From: Octopus vulgaris
Taxonomy: Eukaryota
NCBI GenBank assembly: GCA_951406725.2
Contig: OX597814.1
Location: forward strand, 19,778,001-19,842,000
Length of the DNA: 64,000 nucleotides
Direction of reading: 5' to 3'
A program made the translations under genes and the position numbers. The notes beneath the pieces were generated by a model, which did no database searches, was not told the DNA's origin, and saw only the letters and a list, made by a program, of their open reading frames with translations. Positions 40,448-55,663 of the stretch are shown piece by piece. Numbering within the stretch: the first letter of the stretch is position 1; every line of letters starts with the position of its first letter.

Positions 40448-41458
40448 GCTTGTATTAGTGTTATTAATTCTTTAAAAAGGAATGTTTAGATTTTGATTGT
40501 ACTGGAGTGAAATAGATAATTTGAAATATATGCACAATCATACCTATTTCAATACATCCGACGCACAGATATTTACATACACAAGTATATACATGCATAC
40601 ATGTGTGCGCATGCGCACGCGTTTACGTATACTTGTTTGCATGCATAAGTGTATACTTGCAAGTATAGATATATTTTGTAGTGTATATACGTGTATGTGT
40701 TTGTGTATATACATAAATATATATATATATATGTGTGTTATATATATATATATATATGTGTTATATATATATATATATGTGTTATATATATATGTTATAT
40801 ATATATGTGTTATATATATGTGTGTGTGTTATATATATACGTCTATATACACACATATATATATACATGTATATAATATATATACATATATGTATGTATG
40901 TATTCTCGCCAGTTTATAATTCTATATTATTCTAGTTTCATGTATTATAAATTTACATATGCGCATTAAAATTTTTCCCCAAATATTTTGTATTGTTTAT
41001 GTGTCTCTGCCTCTATGAGAAAACCATTTTTTGGAATTTATGTTTTCATACGTCTCATTCTTTAGAAATAAATGGTCTATTGCAAGAAACGAAAAAATCT
41101 CAAAATAATTCTAGGAAAAATGCATATAAGCGATGTATTGTATGAACAAAAAAATGAAAATCATAGAATTTAAAATGAAGTAAATACGAGTAAATAGAAA
41201 TATATCTGCTGAAATATCTGTATAAATATTATTTATACGCCCGGGTTTTTATGTATCTTATACGTGTGTGTATAAATATCTATCTCTGCTTGTATGTATG
41301 TGTGTAAATATGTACGTTGATATTTATGTATATATGTATATATGTGCTTATAGCGAAGCACGTAGACGCACACACATATGTATATATGAGTGTATGAATG
41401 TATGGAAGTCTCTATTACATACACACATACATATGCACGTATATATATTATATTATAT

Positions 41459-41592
<134 letters not shown>

Positions 41593-42407
41593 AGCTTATA
41601 TTTAACTTTTCGGGTTTGCACCTTGCAGCAATATTTTCTTTATATTTATCGGTTAACTACTGAAGTATCATATTCAAATTTCTATTGAATATATATTTCT
41701 CTTCAAGATAATTTGCATACATCAAACACACACACACACACATACACACACACACACGCACACATTAAACAAAAAAATGTAAGCACATTCTACTCACTTT
41801 ATTTGATGTACGAGAGGAAGTCTTCTGACCGCTGCTCACGAAAGACGTGCCCAGTGAACAGTAAGGTAAAGCTAATTGTGCTTAGATGAGGATCTAATTT
41901 GTATAGTTGTGCTTTTCATTGTTTGTCATTCATTAATCACGACATATAATTTTATCTGGGCCACAGCATAAACTTGAAAAACTAAAATAAATTTACATAC
42001 ATTTTGTAAATATATTACATTGTATCTAACCTTGCGCATTTTTTTTTATCATCTGATAAAGGTTGTTTCCTAGTGGGCTGTTTCAGAGTTTGCTGACCGC
42101 TCTTCAGACAAAAATTTATCCAGCTTACTTCCCCAAGCTATAAAGCAATCATAAATTAGTTTAGCACTGTGCTGGACAGTCTAATTTGTATGTTCTTTTG
42201 ACTGGTCTTCATTAATTAAACAATATATATATGTATGTGTGTGTCTAATGCATATATACATATGTATAGGTGTGTGTGTGTTTGTGTGTTTGCGTGTATG
42301 CAAGTATACATAGATGTACATAAATATGTATTATATATATGAATATGTATATGAACATTCATACATAATTACATATATACATGAACATAGATACATACAT
42401 TCATACA

Positions 42408-42441
<34 letters not shown>

Positions 42442-42559
42442 CATACATATATACATACATACATACATACATACAGATTCTGCCACTGTACCAACCTACA
42501 GCGGGTCTAAACTAAATTGCGCGCTCTGAACAGCAATTCACAGCGAGGTTAACATTAGT

Positions 42560-42880
42560 ATAACCTTTCAAAGTCCTTCCATAAAAGGAAGGGTTAAATT
42601 TCATATCCCCTGCGGCGTTTCCTTAGTTGATTTTGGAAGCTTTAAATTTTGGTATCGGCTTTTCTTCTTGAGAGATAAACGTCCCAGCTTGTATGCGCTT
42701 CTAGAAAAGCCTAGCTCCATGAATATTGCAATTATTTTTCTTTCGTTGTCTACTTCAGCAATTATTTTCTTCATCTCATTCAGCTATTTTATAGCAGCCT
42801 CTGTAACAGCACAAGTAGATCCGCCTGTGATTTTAGTGTTGTGCAGATTAAAGCATTTCGACAACTTTAAACAGAAAAGG
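42560..42880 (-). pseudogene. decayed Tigger/pogo transposase fragment
   Basis: rc reads HNTKITG...MKKIIAE, TFISQEEKPIPKFKASK and GNAAGDMK across frameshifts, matching TIGD/Tigger motifs. Confidence 0.7.
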
Positions 42881-43154
42881 CTTTGCTAGTAACAAAAACA
42901 AATTGATTTTCACCAGAATTTACACTTTCTGAGATGGAAAAAAAGTATGTCTGTATATTTATGTACATTTGAAATAAAACGACAGCAAAACTACTCGGAA
43001 CTGTAGGGAGAATATAATATTTATTATATCTTTACTCTTCTTCCTATATGTATGTGTTTATCTGCTTTCTCTGTTTCTTTTACTAGGTTCTCTCATTGAG
43101 CTGTGGTTATTGATATATCAAGAGAGAGAGAGAAAGAGATAGACAAATAGACAT

Positions 43155-43234
<80 letters not shown>

Positions 43235-43244
43235 AAGATAGATG

Positions 43245-43492
43245 TTGGTTTCTAATTTTGGCAAAAGGCCAACAAATTCGAGGGAGAGGGTAAGTCGATT
43301 ATATCGTCCACAGTGCTCCACTGGTACTTATTCTATCGACTCCGAAGGATAAAATGGCAAGGTCGAGCCGAGTTGGAATTCGAACTCAGAACGTAAAGAC
43401 GGACGAAATACTGCAAAACTGGAAATACCGCCAAGAATTTTTTCTTTCGTTTATTTTTAAGGCTTGGTAACAATACTACCAGCTCACTACCT
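43245..43492 (-). mobile_element. diverged SINE family C
   Basis: rc of the family core. Confidence 0.7.
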
Positions 43493-43594
43493 TAGAGATA
43501 GATAAATATTAAGGATTAGAGCCGCTGGGAACACAACAAAGCTTTTAACTGTGATACGGTACACAAATTGATATAAAGTTATGTATGTCATCAT

Positions 43595-44345
43595 TCACGA
43601 TTCATATTTCAAGATTCCTTGCCAATAGAGAAAGAGTCGGTTTCTAACCTAGATCCAAGGCACCTTCATTGGAATTTCAACATCAACAACAGGGTATTTT
43701 TATTTGTATGTATGTATGTATGTATGTATGTATGTATGTATGTATGTACGTATGTATGTATGTATGCATGTATGTATGTATGTATGTATGTATGTATGTA
43801 TGTATGTATGTATGTATGTATGTATGTATGTATGTATGTATGTATGTATGTATGTATGTATATATGCATGCATGTATGTGCAGATTTGTATGTTTTGTGT
43901 ATGTATTCTTATTCATAGAGTTACATGTCTAGACATGCTTATATACATTTAACTGATAAACTTCTGGAAAGTCTTACAGATATTTACAGTTCCAGTGATG
44001 GACTGGATCTGTAGTCTTCGAATTATCTTTCTTCTTTCTGGTTTTGAGAAGCCTAATTTCTCAAGATTGGTATTTAGATAGTGTGTTACATATCCCAGGG
44101 CCCCAGTAATTACAGGTATAGACCTGAACTGCATTCTGGAAAGAGTCACTGCAGATTTCTCAATAGTCAGCAGAGGTGTTCTCTTCTTCACAGATCTTCA
44201 GCATTATGTTAACATCCGTTGGGTAGTTTCCACTACTGTACACAGTTTCTCTTCTCCAACCTAAATCATTATATCAGGTCTGTTGTGCTTACATTTTATC
44301 GAGGTCTTCACTTCTACATTCCACCAGTATTTCCTTTTATTATGA
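43595..44345 (-). mobile_element. R4-clade (RLE) LINE 3' fragment
   Basis: YWWNVEVK..HNRPDI..IPVITGALGYV..LEKLGFSKPERRKIIRRLQ (restriction-like endonuclease end) plus a 3' UTR shared with 50265-50885. Confidence 0.8.
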
Positions 44346-44400
44346 GTGGCCATGTATGCATGTATGTATGTATGTACACACGTGTGTATTTATGCATGCA

Positions 44401-44431
<31 letters not shown>

Positions 44432-44664
44432 CTGTGTCTGTGTATGTGTGTATGAATGTGCGATACACATTCATACATACATGCATACAGGTAGAGCAAC
44501 TAAACAAGCAGTGGTGATTTTCTATCTTAATATATTTTAGCTTGGCACCATTGTTTACCGTTCTTTATTTCCATATGTGAATATTCGTAAGTATTGTTGA
44601 TGCTGCTCTTGTTGTTGTTAAACTTTATTGTTTAACATTTGTTTTTATCCTCCCCTTCTCTGAC

Positions 44665-44734
<70 letters not shown>

Positions 44735-44848
44735 CGTCTATATAATTGTTATGCTATTATAATTCGTGTCACATAAACATGACTAAACAATTGCTTGAAA
44801 TATCGACTTATATATCTTTTTCACTGTTTTATTTCTCATTTGATTGCA

Positions 44849-44912
<64 letters not shown>

Positions 44913-45221
44913 TTCTATGTGTGTGTGTGTGTACACTGTGTACATGTGTGTATGTGCTCGCGCGTGTGTGTTTCTATGTGTGTTTCTATGAGGGGACAGT
45001 ACGTGCTGTGAGGTGTTTTGTAAGATTTTTTCATTGTTTGTTTATATACTTTGTATATACGTGTGTGATTATAATAATGATAATAAAATTTATCATTATT
45101 TTTATTTACACATCATTATCATTATTATTGTTATTATTATTATTGTTGTTGTTGTTGTTGCTATTATTATTAATATTTTATAAATATTGATTTGTATAAT
45201 TATTATGATGGTTATTATTTC

Positions 45222-45289
<68 letters not shown>

Positions 45290-45292
<3 letters not shown>

Positions 45293-45655
45293 GGCGGCGA
45301 GCTGGCAAAATCGTTAGCACGATGTACGAAATGCTTAGCAGTATTTCGTCTGCCGCTACGTTCTGAGTTCAAATTCCACCGAGGTCGACTTTGCCTTTCA
45401 TCCTTTCATCCTTTCGAGGTCGATTAAATAAGTACCAGTTACGCACTGTGGTCGATGTAATCGATTTAATCCGTTTGTCTGTCCTAGTTTGTCCCCTCTG
45501 TGTTTAGTCCCTTGTGGGTAGTAAAGAAATAGAAATAGGTATTTCGTCCGTCGCTCTGTTCTGAATTCAAATTCCGCCGAGGTCGACTCTGCCTTTCATC
45601 CTTTCGGGGTCGATGAAAAATAAGTACCAGTGAAATAATGGGGTCGATGTAATCA
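45290..45655 (+). mobile_element. SINE family C plus an adjacent partial copy
   Basis: Family core present twice. Confidence 0.85.
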
Positions 45656-45689
45656 TCCATAACTTGCAGTAAGCAATATTTATTAAAAT

Positions 45690-46152
45690 AAAAGTATTCA
45701 GAAATAAATGAAAGTGAATCTTCTGATGTTGACTATGAATCTGACGATGAAGGGGATTTACACTACAATGATGCTGACACGTTTACAGAGGAACAAACGG
45801 AACAGTTATTTGATGCTGAAAGTGACATTGAATTTGAAGGATTTGAATAAATGTTTTTGCTTTTGCTTTTGTAACTGATAGTGATAAATATGTAAAGGCA
45901 ATTTACTTAATATTTATTTTTCACTGACGTTATTACTGTTACTTCTTTATTTTCTGCAAATAAAATGCACAAAAATGCTACACGTTTGCATTATGTTATA
46001 TATACAGTAATAATAAAGGATGTTACAGTATACATTTTTACAAAACAAGGACGTTGTATAGACCTCCTTGACTCACGTTAGAGAAGAGGTGCGTATTAAA
46101 AATCCCCTGCGTATTATACTCAAGGGCAGACTATACTCCAGGATTTACGTTA
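45690..46152 (+). mobile_element. pogo-like transposon 3' remnant
   Basis: Acidic C-terminus ESSDVDYESDDEGD...DAESDIEFEGFE*, then a TIR-like end GCAGACTATACTCCAGGATTTACG. Confidence 0.55.
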
Positions 46153-46792
46153 TTTGTTTAGTAAGTTAGTTGTTTGCTCATTTTGTAAGCTGAATAGATT
46201 TTCTTGTTAATGCTATTAGTAAACTCGTTTGGTGTCCATTTTCAGCTGGTCAGATGATGCATCGTTAAATTGAAGTGCCTTGCTCACGAACAAAATGCTG
46301 TCTAGGAATCGAACCAACATCTTTACAATCGCAAGGCCGACATCCTGACCACTAGGTCATGAACTTGAGAGAGTGAGAAAGGATGAAAAAGAGGATCACA
46401 TACAGAAAAAGACAGGTAAAAGAACTGAGACAGAAGGAGAGAGATAGAATAGATGCATTGAAAAATAAAAAGAAAAGGAAACAATCAAAAGAAATAAACA
46501 AAAAAAAACGAATAAATAATATAAAAATATAAAACAGTGAAGATAAAAGGTGTTTGATAGAAAGCAGACAAAACCTTGGTTCAAGTGGTGTTATCTCATC
46601 TAACATTTGTTACTGTTATTCTTTGTTAGCTGCGATCATGTGGCCCTCCCATTACTCTTACCAACGTTACACTCGTATTTTGAACAGGTTGAGATTTCTT
46701 CCTCAGTGCGTGCGTGTGTATGGGTATCTGTCTGTCTGTCTATATATATATATATATATATATACTTTATTTTAAGCAGCAGAAAATTCAAC

Positions 46793-46839
46793 AAAATCTG
46801 TTACTCTGAGTTTCTCGTTGCCGTTCATCAGACAGTTTT
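46793..46839 (-). ncRNA. minimal type I hammerhead ribozyme
   Basis: rc: aaaactgt CTGATGA a cg gcaa cg a GAAA ctc a gag TA acagatttt; same family as 55664. Confidence 0.75.
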
Positions 46840-47379
46840 TGCTAGAATGGAACTTATATATTAATTCAATCTATACTCTTACAAACGCTACACCTTTAAA
46901 AAGAAATGGACTTGTTTGATTGGCCCTTTAGAAAAAAACGGTCAATCTTCGAGCGATAAACAAAAAGGTCAAAAATATATGTATATATATATAAAAACCT
47001 ATAAAAATTATAAAATCCGAGGAAAAAACCGAGGAAAAACCTATTGCCGTTAATGAAGACAGTACAAATTAATGCATAGAAATTAAACCTGTTATAAATA
47101 CTGCAATACATATTTATATTAAAATCTACATATATATATCAACATACACAAAAGGATGCGCGTAAACGCCATACATACATATACAGACGTATGAATATGA
47201 ATCTAAATATACACATAAAAGCATGTGTACATATATTCACGCAAACCGTCTCGCACGCAAGCTAAAATTCATCTATGTAGCAATTCTCATATACTGAGCA
47301 AGGAGGGGGAACGAAAGAAAGGGAAAGAGAGAAAAAGGAACGAAGGAGGGGTGGGGGAAAAACTTGTAACGATGTTATT

Positions 47380-47417
<38 letters not shown>

Positions 47418-47467
47418 TCTCTGTGTATATATATATATGCGTACGTGTATTCACACACGCGCATGCA

Positions 47468-47684
47468 CGAAGGAGTGCTGAAAAGTTCCTGGCTTTGAGT
47501 AGAAGAAAATACAGGAGGGTCAATTAATTATGATTTTATCCAATATATTCCTCTCTCAGATTCACACACTTATTGCAGCAGTCTTTCAGTTTTTCTAAGC
47601 TCTATTAAAGAACTCGGAAGTTTGGACCTCCAGCCAGATCTTTCGCGATACTCTTAAGGCCAGGAACTTTTCGGCGCCCATTCG
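47468..47684. mobile_element. mariner-type MITE
   Basis: TIR CGAAGGAGTGCTGAAAAGTTCCTGGC / GCCAGGAACTTTTCGGCGCCCATTCG. Confidence 0.75.
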
Positions 47685-47771
47685 TGTACAATATATCGAT
47701 ATAGATATATGTTTTGCGTATGTGCCTGTGCGCGTGTGTATTTTTGTTTTAGTATATATATAATATATATA

Positions 47772-47990
47772 CTAGAAAATTACATATAATAGAAATATTA
47801 AATATAATATAAAAAATATAAAGATGATTAAGTAATGTGCAAAATAATAAATAAAACGTATATATTTGCACATTACTTAATCATCGTTATATTTTTATCT
47901 TATATTTAATATTTCTATTATATGTAATTTTCTAGATGGTGTAATTTAATTTTTCATTTTGAATTGATAAAAGGTGCTTTTTTCTAATTT
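47772..47990. repeat. ~72-bp inverted repeat plus one-sided tail in (TA)n
   Basis: Arms 47772-47843 and 47865-47935. Confidence 0.8.
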
Positions 47991-48004
47991 ATATATATAT
48001 ATAT

Positions 48005-48421
48005 ATAATAATATAGGGTGAAATTAATTAATTTGGAATAATCATTAATTTCACCAAGTAGATTTCGGCATGTAAAAGCCCCATTCAAGGAAGGTTTAAG
48101 TAATACTAAGTAATTAAGGGTTTAGCAACGATTTGCCTCACCACACACCGAATTTAGAAATAGCAGTCAAAGAGTTATGGCTATTCTTTCTAATTAAAAG
48201 GAAGATCCCAGTAAAACCACAGCACTTAAAAGGCAAACAACACAGGCAAAAGAGAAAGAAATGACGACAACCATTCTATATCAAGTCACCTACCTATTAA
48301 GTCACCTGTGGTTTTACTGGGATCTCCCTTTTAAGTAGAAAGAATAGCCATAACTCTTTGACTGCTATTTCTAAATTCGGTGTGTGGTGAGGCAAATCGT
48401 TGCTAAACCCTTAATTACTTA

Positions 48422-48425
<4 letters not shown>
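48005..48425. mobile_element. Penelope-pLTR-like insert with 120-bp inverted arms
   Basis: Arms 48103-48222 and 48306-48425; tail starts AATATAGGGTG as at 52144; (TA)n flanks. Confidence 0.7.
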
Positions 48426-48468
<43 letters not shown>

Positions 48469-48542
48469 TTATATTTTGTGAAATTTGATTTAGTATTTCT
48501 GAATTTAATTTTTGCCTGTAAGTTTGGAATAATATTCCATCA

Positions 48543-48582
<40 letters not shown>

Positions 48583-49541
48583 TATATTATATATTTATGA
48601 CTATCTCACTGCCTTTTTATCTGTATAACTTTATATCTAGCAGTCTATCTATATGCCTACATCTCAGCTGTAGGCCTAAGTACTATCTGTTTTGCAAAGT
48701 ATCTCTCTATATACTATTTCTATCTATTTAACATACAAGCAATGCACCACCTTAGCGCACTGATTTGTACGCATGAAATTGAGACTTTTGTTGCACTTTC
48801 TGATGTATTTTATTTATTTCATATTTAGATTCACGCTTTATATTTTTGTTTTCATTTTGCAACGTGCATTTTTTTTTAGCTAAATTTATATATTTCTTTT
48901 TAAAGGCAACCTTTTGATAAATGGTCATATTTCTGCATATCGATGCCACATGTCTAAAGGTTGTCAACTAAAAGCTAAATCTTGTCTTTTGCAGTCAGGA
49001 ACACCACCATTTTTTTATTTCCATAATTGATAGCAACTAGAACAAGGCTGCTAACATTTTGCATTTTTCTTTCCCATTTTCTAATTATAATCTTTGTAAT
49101 ATATTTTTTATACTTTTATTTTGTAATATTTAGAGATTATTCTGTCTTCTTTATTTTTTTTTATTATTTTATTACAATTTTTTTTTACGTTTACTATTTT
49201 TCTCTCTTTCCCTTTTTTCGCCTGTCTTTTTTCTTTGCTTTCCCTTTTTCACGTATTTATGTATTCTTATGATCTTTCGACATACAATATTTATTTTCAT
49301 TATTTCTTTGAGTGGAAGGGCTGTTGATGGCAGAATCAGTAGTGTAATGGAAAAAATGCATCTGCGATATTTAGTCCCGTCCCTTTATGTTCTGAGCTAA
49401 AATTCCACCGAGATCAACTTTATCTCTCATCCTTCAAGCATCAATAAAATAAGTAACGGTTAAGTACTGAGGGTCGAGTCTTCGACCGTAATCTCGCTCA
49501 AACAATCCCATCTTTTGCAAAAAATTATTATGGTAAAATCA

Positions 49542-49778
49542 TACCTATTTCTTTACTACCCACAAGGGGCTACACACATAGGGGTCAAACAAGGACAGAC
49601 AAACGGATTAAGTCGATTACATCGACCCCAGTGCGTAACTGGTACTTATTTAATCGACCCCGAAAGGATGAAAGGCAAAGTTGACCTCCGCGGAATTTGA
49701 ACTCAGAACGTAGCGGCAGGCGAAATACCGCTAAGCATTTCGCCAGGTGTGCTAACGATTCTGCCAGCTCGCCGCCTC
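49542..49778 (-). mobile_element. SINE family C
   Basis: rc of the family sequence. Confidence 0.88.
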
Positions 49779-50213
49779 ATACCGTTGGACGGTGAAGTTC
49801 AACTGTGGGAAAATATAAAGATGCCTTGAAATACGGAAGATTTATTTTACTAAATAAATCAGGAAGGTTACAACGAGTCTTGTTGAAGACTTGAAGTATC
49901 ACCTGAATATGATCCTTTCCCGTGCACCAGGTAGATTATCGTGAGCAGGTTATCATCAGTGAAGTGAGGCACAGGAGCAAACCAGCACCGGTTTTCAAGC
50001 GGTAAGAAACAAACACAAAAACACATATATATATACGTATACATATTTAGATAGATAGGTAGATAGATAGATAGATGCATACATACATAAACACATACAC
50101 ATACATACATACATCTACATACATACATACATCTACATACATACATACATGCATACATACATACATACATACATACATACATACATACATACATACATAC
50201 ATACATACATACA

Positions 50214-50259
<46 letters not shown>

Positions 50260-50264
50260 CACAC

Positions 50265-50885
50265 TCTATAATGAGATCTGTCGGAAGGATAATCCCGAGG
50301 ACAAAGAAATAAGAATCCACAATATTATAGAAGCCATACTCATTCATGATGAAAAGAAATACTGGTGGAAGGTACCAGTGAAAAATGTAAGCACAACAGA
50401 CCTGATATAACGATTTGAGATAGAGAGCAGAAAATGTGCACAGTTGCAGAAAAAGAGAACACATATGCTGAACTATTGAGAAATCTGCAGCTACTCTATA
50501 CAGATTACAAGTTCATGTTTAACTCCTGTAATTATTGGGGCCCTGGGATATGTAACACACTGCCTAAATGTCAATCTTGAGAAGTTAGGCTTCTCAAAAC
50601 CAGAAAGGAGAAAGCTAATTCGAAGACTACAGATCCAATTCACCACTGGAAGTGTAAAATTCTGTAAAACATTCCGGAAGTTTATCATTTAAATATATAT
50701 GAGCATGTCTAGATATGCAATTATATGCATGAGAATACAAACATATCACATACAAATCCGCACATACATACATACAAACAAACAAAAATACCCTGTTGTT
50801 GATGTTTAAATTCCATTGAAGGAACCTTGGATCTAGATTAGAAACCTATTCTTTCCCTATGGCAAAAATCTTGAAATAGACTGAA
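50265..50885 (+). mobile_element. R4-clade (RLE) LINE 3' fragment
   Basis: Homologous to the rc of 43595-44345. Confidence 0.8.
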
Positions 50886-51142
50886 TACATACATACATGC
50901 ATGCATACGTACATACATACATATACATACATACATACATACATACATACATACATACATACATACATACATACACAGGGATGGATTATGCTAGAATACG
51001 TTTGTTCGACACACAGCGAGTGTTTAGAGACACCATGAAAATTTCCTTCCAACATGTTCCTGATTAATCATTTTTACTGTTAATAAATCTTTCTTCAAAT
51101 ATCACGATTGTACCAATAATTTTTGCAAAATTATTGGTACAT

Positions 51143-51697
51143 ATTCATTTTATCACCCTCATTATTTAAATTTTAAATAATTATGTTCTCTAAGCGGCAA
51201 CATTCACTGCAGTAAATTATCTTCTGTAGAACTGTTTCCGGGATTTAGCGCGCCAGAGCTGAGACATTTGAAAATAACCCCAATGTGATCGATAGAACTA
51301 TACACGTCTAATTTTAGGAGGACAATCTGTTTATAGTTCTGCAAATTATATTGAATTAGAACGGTCGTACTGAAGAGCCACAGACGTTGTTACGTAAGTA
51401 AAATCATTAATGGCGAAACTAGTCTCCGATTAATTCTTTATTTTGTATATTTTCATTTGTCTTACCCGCTTATATCCTGCAAAATTTTTCTAGAGAACAT
51501 TCTTTTCCTTTGTGGTTAGATCGTAGGTGATCTATTTCTAGCATATTGGATGTCCACTTTGTAGGCATCCCTTCTTATACGCATGTAATAACATTTTTCT
51601 GAAATTTCAGATTTTTCTATATGCTAGGCCACTAGTTTTAAATTGATATTAATTAAATTAATATTCAATTTATCACCCTCATTATTTAAATTTTCTA
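51143..51697 (+). mobile_element. pLTR-like unit bounded by ~32-bp direct repeats
   Basis: ATTCA(T/A)TTTATCACCCTCATTATTTAAATTTT at 51143 and 51663; internal hammerhead. Confidence 0.7.
51363..51431 (+). ncRNA. type I hammerhead ribozyme
   Basis: ggtcgta CTGAAGA(51370-76) gcca..30 nt..tggc GAAA ctag TC tccgatt; palindromic stem III, GUC site, one stem I mismatch. Confidence 0.75.
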
Positions 51698-51698
51698 T

Positions 51699-51729
<31 letters not shown>

Positions 51730-51905
51730 CATACATACATACATACATACATACATACATACATACATACATACATACATACATACATACATACATACCT
51801 ATATGATGGCTGCCCCCTCGTTATCGAGTATGGCCATTGCACGAAGCTTAACTGTTATTGGTAGTGTGATCGAATGTGACTTTTTAGCCCAGCTAAAGAT
51901 CTACA

Positions 51906-51961
<56 letters not shown>

Positions 51962-51994
51962 TTTTATTTGTTTGGGAATAAAAATTCCGGCATA

Positions 51995-52690
<696 letters not shown>

Positions 52691-52716
52691 ATATATATAT
52701 ATATATATATAACATA

Positions 52717-52756
<40 letters not shown>

Positions 52757-52845
52757 GTTGGTCTTATAGCTGGCCGCCAACACTTTTTCTGCAAAATGGT
52801 AGTTAATCCTGTTCAGGCTATATTATTAGCATTATCGTGCACTTA

Positions 52846-52909
<64 letters not shown>

Positions 52910-53019
52910 CCTCATACACATACCTTAATAGAAAGACACAAACACACTCAGGCTCACTAGCATGCAATTACATACAGACACACACACACTCGTAAACACA
53001 CATTAATATAAATCCATGA

Positions 53020-53300
53020 GTATTAAAACATATATGCTAACACACACAGACACACATTCGCGTACTAGCACACAAGCATACACGAATACGCACAAGCACA
53101 CAGACACATCATTAGAAACCAATGGGCATTAAAACACGTATATCAACACATACATATACATTCACAAGCTAGCACACACATACACGAACACACATAAGCA
53201 TATGTTATTACAAACCAACTGGCATTAAAACACGTATACAAACACACACATACACATTCAGAAACTTGTACACACAAACAGACAAACGCACGCGCACTTG
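53020..53300. repeat. degenerate ~100-bp tandem repeat, ~3 units
   Basis: ATTAAAACA(C/T)(G/A)TAT...CATTC...CACA recurs near 53021, 53127 and 53223. Confidence 0.6.
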
Positions 53301-53579
53301 TGTAACACATGACCAAACCAATCGTCTTACCGATATACTTTATCTCTTAGCGGTGTCCTGAGGGTTAACAGCTTGTGCTGTGCATGTTTAATCTAACATC
53401 TTTAACGTGCGTTCAGCGTGCGAACGTAAACACTGGGTGATAGCAGCACATGAACCGCTAAACCTTTAACCTGTTATCATCTGTTTGGGTTTCCTCCGTC
53501 AACCAACCACCGCTAAAAACCTCCGCATCAATAACTTCCTAAATGTTGCCTTTAACTAGCCCTGCCTGACAAAGAACCA

Positions 53580-53716
53580 GAGAGAGAGAGAGAGAGGGGG
53601 AGAAAAAGAGAGAGAGAGAAAGAAGGAGGAATAGAAGAGGAGTACGGCTATTACTGAATATGATTGTGATGATGATGACGACGAAGATGATGATAATAAC
53701 GATGATGATGATGATA

Positions 53717-53766
<50 letters not shown>

Positions 53767-54242
53767 GGTGGTGGTGGTGGTGGTGGTGGTGGTGGTGGTG
53801 GTGGTGGTGGTGGTGGTGGTGTAGGTGATGATAACGCTGGTGGTTTCTCTAATAATAAAAATTATAATAATAATAATAATAATAAGGGGAAGAAGAAGAA
53901 GAAGAAGAACCAAAGAGAGGGGGAAAGAGAGAGAGAGGCGGTGGTGGTGGTGGTGGTGGTGGTGGTTGTGGTGGTGGTGTAGGTGATGATAACGCTGGTG
54001 GTTTCTCTAATAATAAAAATTATAATAATAATAATAATAATAAGGGGAAGAAGAAGAAGAAGAAGAAGAACCAAAGAGAGGGGGAAAGAGAGAGAGAGGC
54101 GGAATAGAAGAGGAGTACTGCCATTACTGAATATTATTGTGATGATGATGACGACGATGATGATAATAACGATAATGATGATGATGATGATCGTGGTGGT
54201 GGTGGTGGTGGTGATGATGATGATAACGATGGTGATTTCTCT

Positions 54243-54308
<66 letters not shown>

Positions 54309-54310
54309 TG
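53580..54310. repeat. compound trinucleotide tract with internal block duplications
   Basis: ~125-bp block at ~53815 repeated at ~53975; AATAGAAGAGGAGTAC block at 53631 and 54103. Confidence 0.85.
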
Positions 54311-54626
54311 AAAAGTGTCAGCTATCTTTTATGACTGTTTTTATTTTGAATTCATTTTTTTTTTGTCTTATCGTATCGAGCAAAGGCCGGTAATCATACT
54401 AAGTGATGTGGTATACTGTTGTTGCTGTTGTTATTGCTTAGCTGCAGCCGATGCTGATGGTTTTGGTGGTTCTCTTGCTGTTGATAGATGTAATCGTTGT
54501 GGTGGTGGTCGTCGTCGTGGTCATGGTACTATCGTTTGCATTTCGTTGCTGTTGTACAGACCAGTGAAGTGGGTAGGAATTTTTGGGTGTTATGTATATA
54601 TGCATGTATGCCTATGATTGTATGTG

Positions 54627-54730
<104 letters not shown>

Positions 54731-55312
54731 TACATATATGCATACACACGTACAATCATAGACATGCATATATACACATATATAGATAGATAGATAGATA
54801 TGTATGTGAATATACATGTGTATGCATGCATGCATGTATGTATGTATGTATGTATATATATATGTGTGTGTGTGTGGGGGGGGGGGTGGGTGCGTGTGTA
54901 TGTACGCATGTATGTGTGTGTGTGTATTTATGTATATGTATATACATGCATATATGTATGTGTGTATAGATATACATGTACATGCATATGTGTTTGTAGA
55001 TATGTAACTATTCTTGTAGATTATTATCATTACGTATTACTTCTCATATCGGTGTTTAATTTTACCTTCACACATCAATCAACTAAAGCCATTTATTTTC
55101 CTTACCTAAAACCACTGACGTCAATACACACAGGCTCACACAGACACACACAGACACACGCACACATACACACACACACACACACACACTGAGAAACACA
55201 CACGCACTCGCACTTATACAAATATATGTATACACGTATATGTTTCCTTGTTTATAGGTATGTATATACATATACATAGATACACACACACTCACACGCA
55301 CATGTGTATATG

Positions 55313-55354
<42 letters not shown>

Positions 55355-55448
55355 TGTATGTATGTATGTATGTAAGTATGTATATATATATATATATATG
55401 TATGTATATATGTATGGCTAAACTGGCAATATGACCATTCCGAAATAT

Positions 55449-55524
<76 letters not shown>

Positions 55525-55584
55525 TATATATAAGTTTGGTGTGTGGTAAAGTGAATTTTTTTACTTTACCATATTTTTATAAAT

Positions 55585-55634
<50 letters not shown>

Positions 55635-55663
55635 CATACATACATATACATATACATATAAAC

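Noticed and set aside
42060-42115. Minus-strand CTGAAGA...GAAAC hammerhead
   Set aside because: Stem II is out of register, and there is no stem III, NUH or stem I partner.
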